Source of the DNA: Spirochaeta sp.
GTDB taxonomy: Bacteria > Spirochaetota > Spirochaetia > DSM-27196 > Alkalispirochaetaceae
DNA length: 40,987 nt
Assembly: GCA_007117185.1 (NCBI GenBank)
Contig: SKHA01000205.1
Coordinates: forward strand, 1-40,987
Direction: 5' to 3'
In this document: positions 26,660-34,672 of the stretch, piece after piece
Layout of the letters: each line of letters starts with the position of its first letter
Numbering within the stretch: position 1 is the first letter of the stretch
The notes under the pieces: model-generated
The model's input: the letters and a program-made list of their open reading frames with translations, nothing else
Database searches by the model: none
What the model was told of the DNA's origin: nothing
Position numbers and translations under genes: made by a program

Positions 26660-26688
26660 TTGCCGAGTCCACCCGGGCGTCGTATGTT
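26660..26688 (+). promoter_or_regulatory. Sigma-70-type promoter of carotenoid desaturase (leaderless)
   Basis: TTGCCG (26660-26665), 17 bp, TATGTT (26683-26688), 6 nt, ATG. Confidence 0.55.
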
Positions 26689-26694
26689 TCGTCC

Positions 26695-28209
26695 ATGAAA
26701 ACTGAACGGGACAGCCTGCCCCGGGTTGCAGTTGTCGGGGCCGGGCTCGGCGGGCTGGCTACGGCGATACGTCTGGGCAGCGCCGGCTATCCGGTGGAAC
26801 TCTACGAGAAACAGAGCGGCCCCGGGGGCAAGGCGTTCAGCGAGCAGATCGGGCGCTATCGTTTTGATACCGGACCAAGCCTGCTGACGATGCGTCACGT
26901 CTTTGAACGGCTGTTTGCCGACGCAGGCAGGCGTCTGGAAGACTATCTGACCCTAACCCCGCTGGATCCTATCTGCCGCTATTTCTGGCGGGACGGAACG
27001 CGTCTACAGACCTCATCGGATAGGGAGGCGATGGCACAGGAGTTCTACCGCGCCTGTGGCGAACCTCCGGAGCATTTGCACCGCTTCCTGGACTACTCCC
27101 GGCGCATCCACGACATCTCGGCGTGGCTCTTTCTGGAGAACAGCCTCCACGAGTGGAGTACGCTGACCAAACCGGGGTTTCTTGCGTCTCTGCTGCAACT
27201 CCATCGCATCGACCTGGGGCGCACCATGGCGAAAGCCAACGCCTCTTTCTTTGACCATCCCAAGCTGCAGCAGCTGTTCAACCGCTACGCCACGTACAAC
27301 GGATCCGACCCCTGGCAGACCCCGGCCACCCTGAACATCATACCCCATGTGGAGTACGGTCTGGGGGGCTGGGCGGTGACCGACGGGATCTACGCCATTC
27401 CCCGCGCCCTGGAACGCCTTGCCCGGGAGGTTGGGGTGCAGATCAACTACAACACCCCGGTGGATCGAATCCTCCTGGAAGAAAAAACCCGCCGCGTCCG
27501 GGGTGTCCTGGTGGCCGGTCAGGAGATTCCCGCTGAAGTGGTTGTCTCCAACGCCGACGTAACGCCGACCTACCGCCACCTGCTCCAGGATGCCCGTGCG
27601 CCCCAGCTCGCGCGGTATCAGAAGCTGGAACCATCCAGCTCCGGGGTGGTCTTCTACTGGGGGATCCGGCGTCGCTTTCCCGAGCTGGGGCTGCACAATA
27701 TCTTCTTCTCCGACGACTACCCCAATGAGTTTGCCGACATCTTCCAGCGGCATCGCTGTCCCGAGGACCCCACCATTTACGTGAACATCACCAGCCGGGA
27801 GGGGGCCCCCGGGGACGCCCCGGAAGATGGCGAGAACTGGTTCATCCTGGTAAACGCTCCCTGGGACAACGGCCAGGACTGGGAGGCCGAGGCGGCACGT
27901 ACCCGCGCAGCGGTGATCGGCCGCCTCAGCGCCGAGCTGGGTGAGGATCTGGAGTCACTGATCGAGGTGGAGTCCCGGCTTCTGCCACCGCAGATCGCAG
28001 AGCGGACCGATTCGTGGCGGGGCAGCCTGTACGGGATCTCCTCCAACAGCCCCATGGCGGCGTTTCGCCGACACCCCAACCGCAGTCGACGCTACCCCGG
28101 GCTCTATTTCGTCGGCGGTAGTGCCCATCCCGGTGGGGGCATGCCCCTGGTGGTGCTGGGCGCCCAGATCACCGCCGATCTGGTACAACGGTGGAATCGA
28201 CTCCGATAA
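26695..28209 (+). CDS. Phytoene desaturase family FAD oxidoreductase (CrtI/CrtD/CrtP-like)
   Basis: VVGAGLGGL, GYRFDTGPSLLTM, RYATYNGSDP, HNIFFS, GSLYG.SSN, VGGSAHPGGGMP. Confidence 0.9.
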   Translation: MKTERDSLPRVAVVGAGLGGLATAIRLGSAGYPVELYEKQSGPGGKAFSEQIGRYRFDTGPSLLTMRHVFERLFADAGRRLEDYLTLTPLDPICRYFWRDGTRLQTSSDREAMAQEFYRACGEPPEHLHRFLDYSRRIHDISAWLFLENSLHEWSTLTKPGFLASLLQLHRIDLGRTMAKANASFFDHPKLQQLFNRYATYNGSDPWQTPATLNIIPHVEYGLGGWAVTDGIYAIPRALERLAREVGVQINYNTPVDRILLEEKTRRVRGVLVAGQEIPAEVVVSNADVTPTYRHLLQDARAPQLARYQKLEPSSSGVVFYWGIRRRFPELGLHNIFFSDDYPNEFADIFQRHRCPEDPTIYVNITSREGAPGDAPEDGENWFILVNAPWDNGQDWEAEAARTRAAVIGRLSAELGEDLESLIEVESRLLPPQIAERTDSWRGSLYGISSNSPMAAFRRHPNRSRRYPGLYFVGGSAHPGGGMPLVVLGAQITADLVQRWNRLR

Positions 28210-28216
28210 GCGAGGG

Positions 28217-29452
28217 CTACTCCTCCCGGAGGTACTTGTCGGTGATGGTGCGGATGCTTGGCAGGATCTCAAAGAAGATGTCCAGCAGCTCCGGGTCAAA
28301 CTTGGTGCCCTGAAGACTGCGCAGCTCGTCAAGGGTCTCAGTCTCGCTCCATGGCTCTTTATAGACGCGCCGCGAGAGCAGTGCGTCGTACACGTCGGCG
28401 ATAGAGACAATCCGTCCGAAGATGGGAATCTCCTCGCCCTTCTTGCCGCGCCCGGCGGCGCCGTTGCCGTCTGCCGGCTCCAGGGGTTTACCCGTCTCGT
28501 AGTCCACCCAGCCAGGATACCCCGTGCCGTCCCAGTTCTCGTGGTGGTTGAGGGCGACGATCTGAGCCAGCTCGTCAAAGTTTGACTGACGGTTGCTGAA
28601 CAGCCGCGCTCCCTGCCAGGTGTGCTGCTGCATCACCAGGAACTCTTCTTCGGTGAAGCGCCCGGGCTTCTTCAGGATTGTATCCGAAACCGCCACCTTG
28701 CCCACGTCGTGAAGCATCGCCGCCATGCGTAGACTGTCCCGGGTACGGTCAATCTCGTCACGAGGAATACCGCGACGGGACGCCCAGGCGTCGTACAGCT
28801 CAACGCTGTACCCGGCAACGCGGTTGACGTGGGGGCCCGTCTCCTTGGGATCCCTGAGCTCTGCCATCCGGATCATTCGCAGCAGGATTGCCCTGGTCAT
28901 CTGGGCGCGTTGCAGGGCCACGGTAGCGTTGGAGGCGAAGTGCAGCACCAGCATCTCGTCGTCGTGGTTGAATGGATCGGTGTCTTCGCCCTCACCGCAC
29001 TTGTTGATCACCTGAATGACCCCGACAATGTCCCCGGTATTGGTCTTCAGCGGGACCGCCAGCATCGAGCTGCTGCGATATCCCGACAACCGGTCGTATG
29101 AGGAGTCAAAGCGGTAGGGCGTATCCTCGGGGATCTGGTACACGTCGTCGATGTTCACCGGCTCTCCGGTGACGGCGGCGTACCCAGAGACGGAGTCCGA
29201 GGTAAGGGGTACCGTGAAGATTTTGTAGATCAGCTTCTGGCCTGCGGGCAGAGCCGACTGGAGGGTGTCGTTCTGGGCATACTTGATCACCAGATGACCG
29301 TCCTGGACCACGTAGATCGACCCGGCGTCGGCACCGACCACCCTGCGCGCCTCCAGGAGGATGCGCTCCAGCAGGATGTCCTCGTCCTGAATCTTGTTTA
29401 ATTCCGAGTCAAGTGAGATGATGCTGCGAAGTTTGTCCAGTTCGTGTGACAT
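28217..29452 (-). CDS. GAF + HD-GYP cyclic dinucleotide phosphodiesterase
   Basis: N-terminal GAF (ADAGSIY, SMLAVPL, GVIQVINK), ELRDPKETGPHVNRV, LHDVGK, HHENWDGTGYP, IVSIADVYDAL.SRRVYK, FDP. Confidence 0.92.
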   Translation of the reverse strand: MSHELDKLRSIISLDSELNKIQDEDILLERILLEARRVVGADAGSIYVVQDGHLVIKYAQNDTLQSALPAGQKLIYKIFTVPLTSDSVSGYAAVTGEPVNIDDVYQIPEDTPYRFDSSYDRLSGYRSSSMLAVPLKTNTGDIVGVIQVINKCGEGEDTDPFNHDDEMLVLHFASNATVALQRAQMTRAILLRMIRMAELRDPKETGPHVNRVAGYSVELYDAWASRRGIPRDEIDRTRDSLRMAAMLHDVGKVAVSDTILKKPGRFTEEEFLVMQQHTWQGARLFSNRQSNFDELAQIVALNHHENWDGTGYPGWVDYETGKPLEPADGNGAAGRGKKGEEIPIFGRIVSIADVYDALLSRRVYKEPWSETETLDELRSLQGTKFDPELLDIFFEILPSIRTITDKYLREE

Positions 29453-29498
29453 ATCGTTGCGTACTGAACAGCATATCCATCTGCCGGGAGTATGTCCA

Positions 29499-29780
29499 AT
29501 GAATCCGCTGCGGATTCTCGTTACCGTTCCAATTCGCCTGTATCAATGGGTTATATCGCCGCTCTTTCCTTCCAGTTGCAACTACTTCCCCACGTGCTCG
29601 GAGTACACAAGGCTGGCAATCCTGAAATTCGGGGTATTTCGTGGAGTGGTTATGGGACTTATGCGGGTGGGGCGCTGCTCCGCGCGATTTCACGGTGGCC
29701 ACGACCCGGTGCCGGAGCAGTTTGAGCTGCCGGCTTTGCGGTCAGAGTATCGCCAGCGATCGGTACGCCGCCGGCGATAG
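29499..29780 (+). CDS. yidD: Membrane protein insertion efficiency factor YidD
   Basis: IRLYQWVISP, SCNYFPTCSEY, RVGRC, GGHDPVP. SD GGGAG 8 nt upstream. Confidence 0.88.
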   Translation: MNPLRILVTVPIRLYQWVISPLFPSSCNYFPTCSEYTRLAILKFGVFRGVVMGLMRVGRCSARFHGGHDPVPEQFELPALRSEYRQRSVRRRR

Positions 29781-29799
29781 GGTGCCTGCCCGGCACCCT
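29779..29799. terminator. Hairpin between convergent yidD and rpmB
   Basis: AGGGTGCC-TGCCC-GGCACCCT. No U-tract. Confidence 0.45.
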
Positions 29800-29808
29800 C
29801 GGGTCAGC

Positions 29809-30048
29809 TCAGGTGACGTCCTTGAGCTGCAGCCCTTCCTTGCGGAGATACGGCAGCAGGCCGATCTTGCTGATGGTGCGCAGCGCCCGGGTACTGACCT
29901 TGACGCGGACGAAGCGGCTGAGTTCCGGCACAAACAGACGCTTGTTCTGAATGTTTGGACGCTGCCAGCGGCGTGTCTTGTTGTGCGCGTGGGAAACGTT
30001 GTTGCCCGCCATGGGCTTTTTGCCTGAAATGGCACATCGACGACTCAT
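29809..30048 (-). CDS. rpmB: 50S ribosomal protein L28 (single-Cys, zinc-free type)
   Basis: MSRRCAISGKKPMAGNNVSHAHNKTRR...PNIQNKRLF...VSTRALRTISKIG. SD GAGGAGGAG. Confidence 0.96.
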   Translation of the reverse strand: MSRRCAISGKKPMAGNNVSHAHNKTRRWQRPNIQNKRLFVPELSRFVRVKVSTRALRTISKIGLLPYLRKEGLQLKDVT

Positions 30049-30061
30049 GGGATACTCCTCC

Positions 30062-30235
30062 TCAGACCTTACCCGATTCCTTGAAGAGAACGTGCTTCTG
30101 CACGAAGGGATCGTATTTCATGAACTCCATCTTGTTGGGAGTATTCCGCTTGTTCTTCACAGTATAATAGCAGTATCCGCTCTCGGTGCTCTTCAGACGC
30201 ACCCGGACCAGATTGCCCTTCTTCGGTTTGGCCAC
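30062..30235 (-). CDS. rpmG: 50S ribosomal protein L33 (zinc-free type), absent from ORF track
   Basis: Manual translation from GTG 30235: MAKPKKGNLVRVRLKSTESGYCYYTVKNKRNTPNKMEFMKYDPFVQKHVLFKESGKV* (57 aa). SD AGGAG upstream. Confidence 0.95.
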   Translation of the reverse strand: MAKPKKGNLVRVRLKSTESGYCYYTVKNKRNTPNKMEFMKYDPFVQKHVLFKESGKV

Positions 30236-30268
30236 TGTTCAACTCCTCTGATCGATTCGGGACCACAA

Positions 30269-30298
30269 TGAATAGCACAACCCGGCAGGGGTGGTCAA
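30269..30298 (-). promoter_or_regulatory. Promoter of rpmG-rpmB
   Basis: TTGACC (30298-30293), 18 bp, TATTCA (30274-30269) preceded by TGC. Confidence 0.5.
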
Positions 30299-30337
30299 GT
30301 ACCGGGAACGCAGGGGGTGCGGGATGACGCGCCAGGA

Positions 30338-30371
30338 CTGAAGGTCAGCCCTGAAGGTCAGCCCTGAAGGT
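30338..30371. repeat. 13-bp tandem repeat duplicating the acyltransferase stop codon
   Basis: CTGAAGGTCAGCC x2 plus CTGAAGGT. Confidence 0.85.
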
Positions 30372-31596
30372 GATGTACCGCCAGGTTCCACTTGTAGGTA
30401 TTACCCCGGGGATCGATGGTGGAGATGCGAAACAGGCTGTGGTCAGCGTAGAACTCAAGGTGCTCGTTGTTCTGAACGTTCATCCCCTCGATCTGCTCCA
30501 GCGAAAAGGTGACCGTCCCGCCGTTGTCCAGGGACGCTTCCAGGCGGTCCCGGTACAGCCGCATCGTTCCGGTGCCCAGCTCCTTCAGGGGCATCGTCTT
30601 GTACCCTTCCCGAATCAGGACCGCCGGTTCTTCCAGCAGGCAGAAATCCCGAGACGCTCCCTGGCGGTCCAGAAATGCGAGGAACTCCTCCCGCTGCCAG
30701 ACGTTCCACTCCCGCACCGTCTGGAACCGGGTCTCTCCCCGGTGGGCCTTGAAGAACCCCTGGGGGGTGAATCGCACGGTTTGACCGCAATGGTCACAAA
30801 TGACCCGACTTCCTTCGGACCTGAGGGTGCCGATACGGCGGCACTCAGGACAGATGAACAGGACCCGCTCCAGGTACTCCGCCAGGCCGGGCCCGATGTA
30901 GTGGGTTCGTGCTTCCTGCTGCCAGTCAAAGGCGTCAGCTGAGAGCTCTTCCTGGACCCTGGCGTTGATCTGGTCCAGGGACATCGCTTTCAGCTGCGGC
31001 GGGTCGAGGATGCGCTTGAAGACCACCTCGATGCGTCCCCGGCGAAAGCGCCGGGCCCAGCGGGGCCAGGAGAGGTAGGCGCCGCGGATCAACGCCGCGT
31101 ACACCGGAATCTTCAGTGACTTGATCAGCTTGTCGGTGGCCCGAATCAGCGGCAGCTGATGGCCGTCCCAACTGCTCTGCCCCTCCGGAAAGATACCGAT
31201 GATCCCCCCGGCCAGCTTCGCGTTGACAATCTTCTTGACCGTGTCCAGGTCGGAGATCGCCTTGGTCTTGGGTATTGCCCCGGTAAGACCCAGCAGAAAG
31301 GACATCACCGGAGAGCGGAACTGTGAGTCAGAGACCACGAAGTGAATCGGTTTATTGACGAACATCCCCATGATCAGCGGATCGATGACGGCGCTGTGGT
31401 TGATCAGCAGAACGAAGGGTCCCCGGGCGCGAAGGATGACATTGTGGTTAACCGGGTGAACACGAAAGAGCGGTCGCAGAACCCATCGCACCAGCACCCT
31501 CAAAAAGCGATGGACGTATACGTTGACGTGAATCTTGCGTTTTTCCCGGCGGCGGTCCCGTCGTATTCGACGAAGTTGTCGTTTTGAATGTTCCAC
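30358..31596 (-). CDS. Lysophospholipid/1-acyl-glycerol-3-phosphate acyltransferase with Zn-ribbon C-terminal region
   Basis: NHSAVID (HX4D), GIFPEGQ, CPEC...CDHC. Start GTG 31596 with SD AAGGA and TATAAT (31622-31617). The rest of the 962-aa track ORF is antisense to lnt. Confidence 0.87.
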   Translation of the reverse strand: MEHSKRQLRRIRRDRRREKRKIHVNVYVHRFLRVLVRWVLRPLFRVHPVNHNVILRARGPFVLLINHSAVIDPLIMGMFVNKPIHFVVSDSQFRSPVMSFLLGLTGAIPKTKAISDLDTVKKIVNAKLAGGIIGIFPEGQSSWDGHQLPLIRATDKLIKSLKIPVYAALIRGAYLSWPRWARRFRRGRIEVVFKRILDPPQLKAMSLDQINARVQEELSADAFDWQQEARTHYIGPGLAEYLERVLFICPECRRIGTLRSEGSRVICDHCGQTVRFTPQGFFKAHRGETRFQTVREWNVWQREEFLAFLDRQGASRDFCLLEEPAVLIREGYKTMPLKELGTGTMRLYRDRLEASLDNGGTVTFSLEQIEGMNVQNNEHLEFYADHSLFRISTIDPRGNTYKWNLAVHHLQG

Positions 31597-31626
31597 AGAG
31601 TCGATCCTTGTCGGTATTATAGGTGG

Positions 31627-33720
31627 ATGACTGGTAAAACGGAATACCCACACACCCTCCTCCAGGCGGCGGTGGTTATTGGCGGGGCCCTGGTTGCCCT
31701 GCTCACCGCCTTTGCCCCGGGGTACTCCATCGCACCGGTGGGCGTGGGAGACACCTTTCTCCTCTCCTGGCTGGCGCTGCACCTTCTGTGGGGGCTCTCG
31801 CTGCTGGTGCGGGACCCCCGTCGACCGGTACCCTGGGCAGACCTGGCCCCGGCTGCGGAAGGACTCTTCTTCTACGGCTTCTTCCTGCTTCTCTTCGCGT
31901 ACATCTTTGCCCTCAACGCCAACATGGACTACGTACAGCGCTTCATTGAGAGCGGTGGCAACCTGCAGATCGCCCTGGATACCCGAACGGAGCGGCGTAT
32001 CGCCCTGGTGCGGTATCTCCCCCTGCTGCTGATTGATCTGGGGATCTGGCTGGTCGCGTCGAGACACCGTCAGGGCCGGGGGAGACTGATCAGGTGGTCC
32101 CCCCTGCTGATCCTGCTGGCGGTGGCGCTGACGGTGCTGGCGATGCCCAACGCCCTTAATCTGGACGGGTGGGGCTTCCTTGGCTGGGTAGCCATGGTTC
32201 CCCTCTTCCTGGTGATGCGCCAGCAGACCCGTCGGGGTAATCCCGGGCGGGCGATCTGGTATGGAGTCCTCTACGGCGTTCTCTTCACCCTCACGGGAAA
32301 TTTCTGGCTGGGTACGTTCAACCTGGTCTCCCTGCAGGCAGTGGGGATCATCTTTCTGGGGTTCTACGCGGTGCTGATGCCCCTGCTTGTCCTCGGGCTC
32401 ATGCGGGCGCCTCGTCGGATGCTGGCACTGGTTATTCCCCTCGGGTGGACTGCCTGGGAACTGTTCCGCAGCAGCGGCTTTCTCGGTTACCCATGGCTGC
32501 TGGTGGCCCACAGCCAGTACCGCGCTATTCCACTGATCCAGGTTGCCCAGTGGGGTGGGGTCTGGCTGGTGAGCCTGTTGGTACTGGTGGTGAACAGTCT
32601 GGTGGCCGAGCTCATCCTGGCGATGATGGATCGCCGGGGTGGGCTGCGCCGTCGGCTGCTGGTCATCGCTGCGATTCCGGCGGTGGCCTCCGGCCTCGGA
32701 GCACTGCTGTTGCTGCAGCTGCCGCCAGCGGCTGAAGGAGGTCAGCAGGATACGGTGCGCCTTGCCCTGGTCCAGCAGAATACAGACCCCCGGAAACACG
32801 AATACGCAGACACCCTGGAATCGCTGCAGCGGCTCACCATGGAAGCGCTGGAGCACAACCCGGACATGGTTGTGTGGTCCGAGACGGCGTTCGTCCCCAA
32901 TATCAGGCGCTGGTCCGGGGAGGACCCCCGTCGGTACAGCCTGGCCCGACTGGTGCAGGAGTTCACCGCCTGGCAGGAGTCCATAGGTACCTGGCTGCTT
33001 ACCGGAAACGACGACTACGCCCGGGTCTTTGACGAGGACGGCCGTGAGGTAGAGCGGCACAGCTTCAACGCCGCGGTGCTCCTTGACGACACCGGCGGCC
33101 GCCGGGAAACATACCACAAGATCAAACTGGTGCCCTTCACCGAGCACTTCCCCTTCGAGGAGCAGCTGCCGTGGATTTACCACATGCTGCTGGACTTCGA
33201 CGTCGCCTTCTGGACACCAGGGACGGAGCGGGTGATCTTTGAACACCCCCGGTTCCGCTTCGCTACCCCCATCTGCTTTGAAGATGTTTTCCCCGAGGAG
33301 GTCCGGCAGTTTGCTCTGGCGGGGATGCAGGTGATCGTCAATATCTCCAACGACTACTGGTCACTGCAGGAGACGGCGGCCCAGCAGCATTTTGTGGCCT
33401 CGTTGTTTCGGACCATTGAACTGCGCCGCCCCATGGTGCGTTCCACCGCCAGCGGGGTCACCGCCCACGTGGACGCTACCGGGCGCATCCTGGCCACCGT
33501 ACCGCAGTACTCCGAGCAGATCCTCATCGCCGACGTCGCTGTACCCCCAGCGGACGCGCCGCCCACTCTCTACCAGCGCCTGGGCGACTGGGTTCCCTGG
33601 ACGGCGGGGATACTCTTTCTGCTTATCAGCTTCGTCGTGCCCGCCGGCGCTGCTTTCGTCGGGAAGCGGCCCGGGAAGGAGCGTCAGCGGGAACAAAGGT
33701 CTCCACCCGGGGATTCCTGA
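31627..33720 (+). CDS. lnt: Apolipoprotein N-acyltransferase with N-terminal membrane extension
   Basis: GFLGYPW, VQQN, catalytic triad WSETA / YHKIKLVPFTE / PICFED, NISND.W, RSTASGVT, TLYQRLGDW. Confidence 0.93.
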   Translation: MTGKTEYPHTLLQAAVVIGGALVALLTAFAPGYSIAPVGVGDTFLLSWLALHLLWGLSLLVRDPRRPVPWADLAPAAEGLFFYGFFLLLFAYIFALNANMDYVQRFIESGGNLQIALDTRTERRIALVRYLPLLLIDLGIWLVASRHRQGRGRLIRWSPLLILLAVALTVLAMPNALNLDGWGFLGWVAMVPLFLVMRQQTRRGNPGRAIWYGVLYGVLFTLTGNFWLGTFNLVSLQAVGIIFLGFYAVLMPLLVLGLMRAPRRMLALVIPLGWTAWELFRSSGFLGYPWLLVAHSQYRAIPLIQVAQWGGVWLVSLLVLVVNSLVAELILAMMDRRGGLRRRLLVIAAIPAVASGLGALLLLQLPPAAEGGQQDTVRLALVQQNTDPRKHEYADTLESLQRLTMEALEHNPDMVVWSETAFVPNIRRWSGEDPRRYSLARLVQEFTAWQESIGTWLLTGNDDYARVFDEDGREVERHSFNAAVLLDDTGGRRETYHKIKLVPFTEHFPFEEQLPWIYHMLLDFDVAFWTPGTERVIFEHPRFRFATPICFEDVFPEEVRQFALAGMQVIVNISNDYWSLQETAAQQHFVASLFRTIELRRPMVRSTASGVTAHVDATGRILATVPQYSEQILIADVAVPPADAPPTLYQRLGDWVPWTAGILFLLISFVVPAGAAFVGKRPGKERQREQRSPPGDS

Positions 33721-34672
33721 GGGACCACGCCCGAAAGATCAGCAGCACCACAACCCCGGAGAGCGCCATCAACAGGCTCAGCAGCTGCCCCATCGTCAGG
33801 TTCAGCGGCGAGAGGAGCAGCCAGTTGGGGTTGTTGGCGGGACCCCACTGGATCACGAAATCGATCCCCGGATCGGGAGCGCGGAAGTACTCCGCCACGA
33901 ACCGCGCCAGGGCGTACCCCACCAGGTAGACCCCGACCATGAACCCCTTGAAGGGGCGTCGCGGTCGGAGGATGAACCACATCACCGCCCACAGAAGCAC
34001 CCCCTCCAGAAACGCCTCGTAGAGTTGCGACGGGTGTCGCGGCAGGTTGACGAAACTCTGCCCGACGATATCGATCCCCGTCTCTGCGGCGATCTGTTGC
34101 ACCGCCGGGTGAGAGGTTGGTACCGGCGCTGCGTTGGGGAAGAGGATGCCCCAGGATGAGCTGGTGATGCGGCCGTAGAGCTCGCGGTTGATGAAGTTAC
34201 CCAGGCGGCCAAAGGTGTACCCCAAAGGGATGGCGGTGGTGAAAATATCGCCCATCTCCAGGACCTCGATCTTTTTGACCTTGCAGTAGGCCACGAAGGC
34301 GATCACCGCGCCGATCAACCCGCCGTGGTAGCTCATTCCCTGCAGGCCGGTGAAGTTCATCTGGCTGTCGAAGGGCCAGAAGATGAGCCACGGCCGGGCC
34401 AGGTACCGCCCGGTGGTATCGTACAGCAGCGCCGCCAGGAATCGAGCGCCCAGAAGCAGTCCGATGATCGTCCAGAAGAACAGGTTTACCAGGTCATCCT
34501 CGCTGACCGAGCGGCTCAGAGAGAGCATCTTCCGGTTGATCAGCCGGCGGGTGAGGACCCAGGTGAGTCCGAAGGCGACAAGGTACATCATGCCGTACCA
34601 GCGCAGGGGAAGCCCCGGTATGATCTCCGGTGTCAACCAGCGGGGAAAGTCGGTATATAACAGCACTGTCAC
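33626..34672 (-). CDS. lgt: Prolipoprotein diacylglyceryl transferase
   Basis: LRWYGMMY, GMSYHGG, GRLGNFINRELYGR, RHPSQLYEAFLEG, RFVAEYFRAPD, TMGQLLS. Confidence 0.96.
   Translation of the reverse strand: MTVLLYTDFPRWLTPEIIPGLPLRWYGMMYLVAFGLTWVLTRRLINRKMLSLSRSVSEDDLVNLFFWTIIGLLLGARFLAALLYDTTGRYLARPWLIFWPFDSQMNFTGLQGMSYHGGLIGAVIAFVAYCKVKKIEVLEMGDIFTTAIPLGYTFGRLGNFINRELYGRITSSSWGILFPNAAPVPTSHPAVQQIAAETGIDIVGQSFVNLPRHPSQLYEAFLEGVLLWAVMWFILRPRRPFKGFMVGVYLVGYALARFVAEYFRAPDPGIDFVIQWGPANNPNWLLLSPLNLTMGQLLSLLMALSGVVVLLIFRAWSLRNPRVETFVPADAPSRAASRRKQRRRARRS

Noticed and set aside
26486-26698. 70-aa ORF between GH65 and crt
   Set aside because: Atypical codon usage, no SD, and it spans the inverted-repeat element and the crt promoter.
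30069-30278. 69-aa track ORF upstream of rpmB
   Set aside because: Wrong frame; the real gene is rpmG at 30062-30235.
31597-33246. 962-aa 'fusion' ORF extending the acyltransferase
   Set aside because: The extra 550 codons are the antisense shadow of lnt. A proper -10, SD and GTG exist at 31596-31622.
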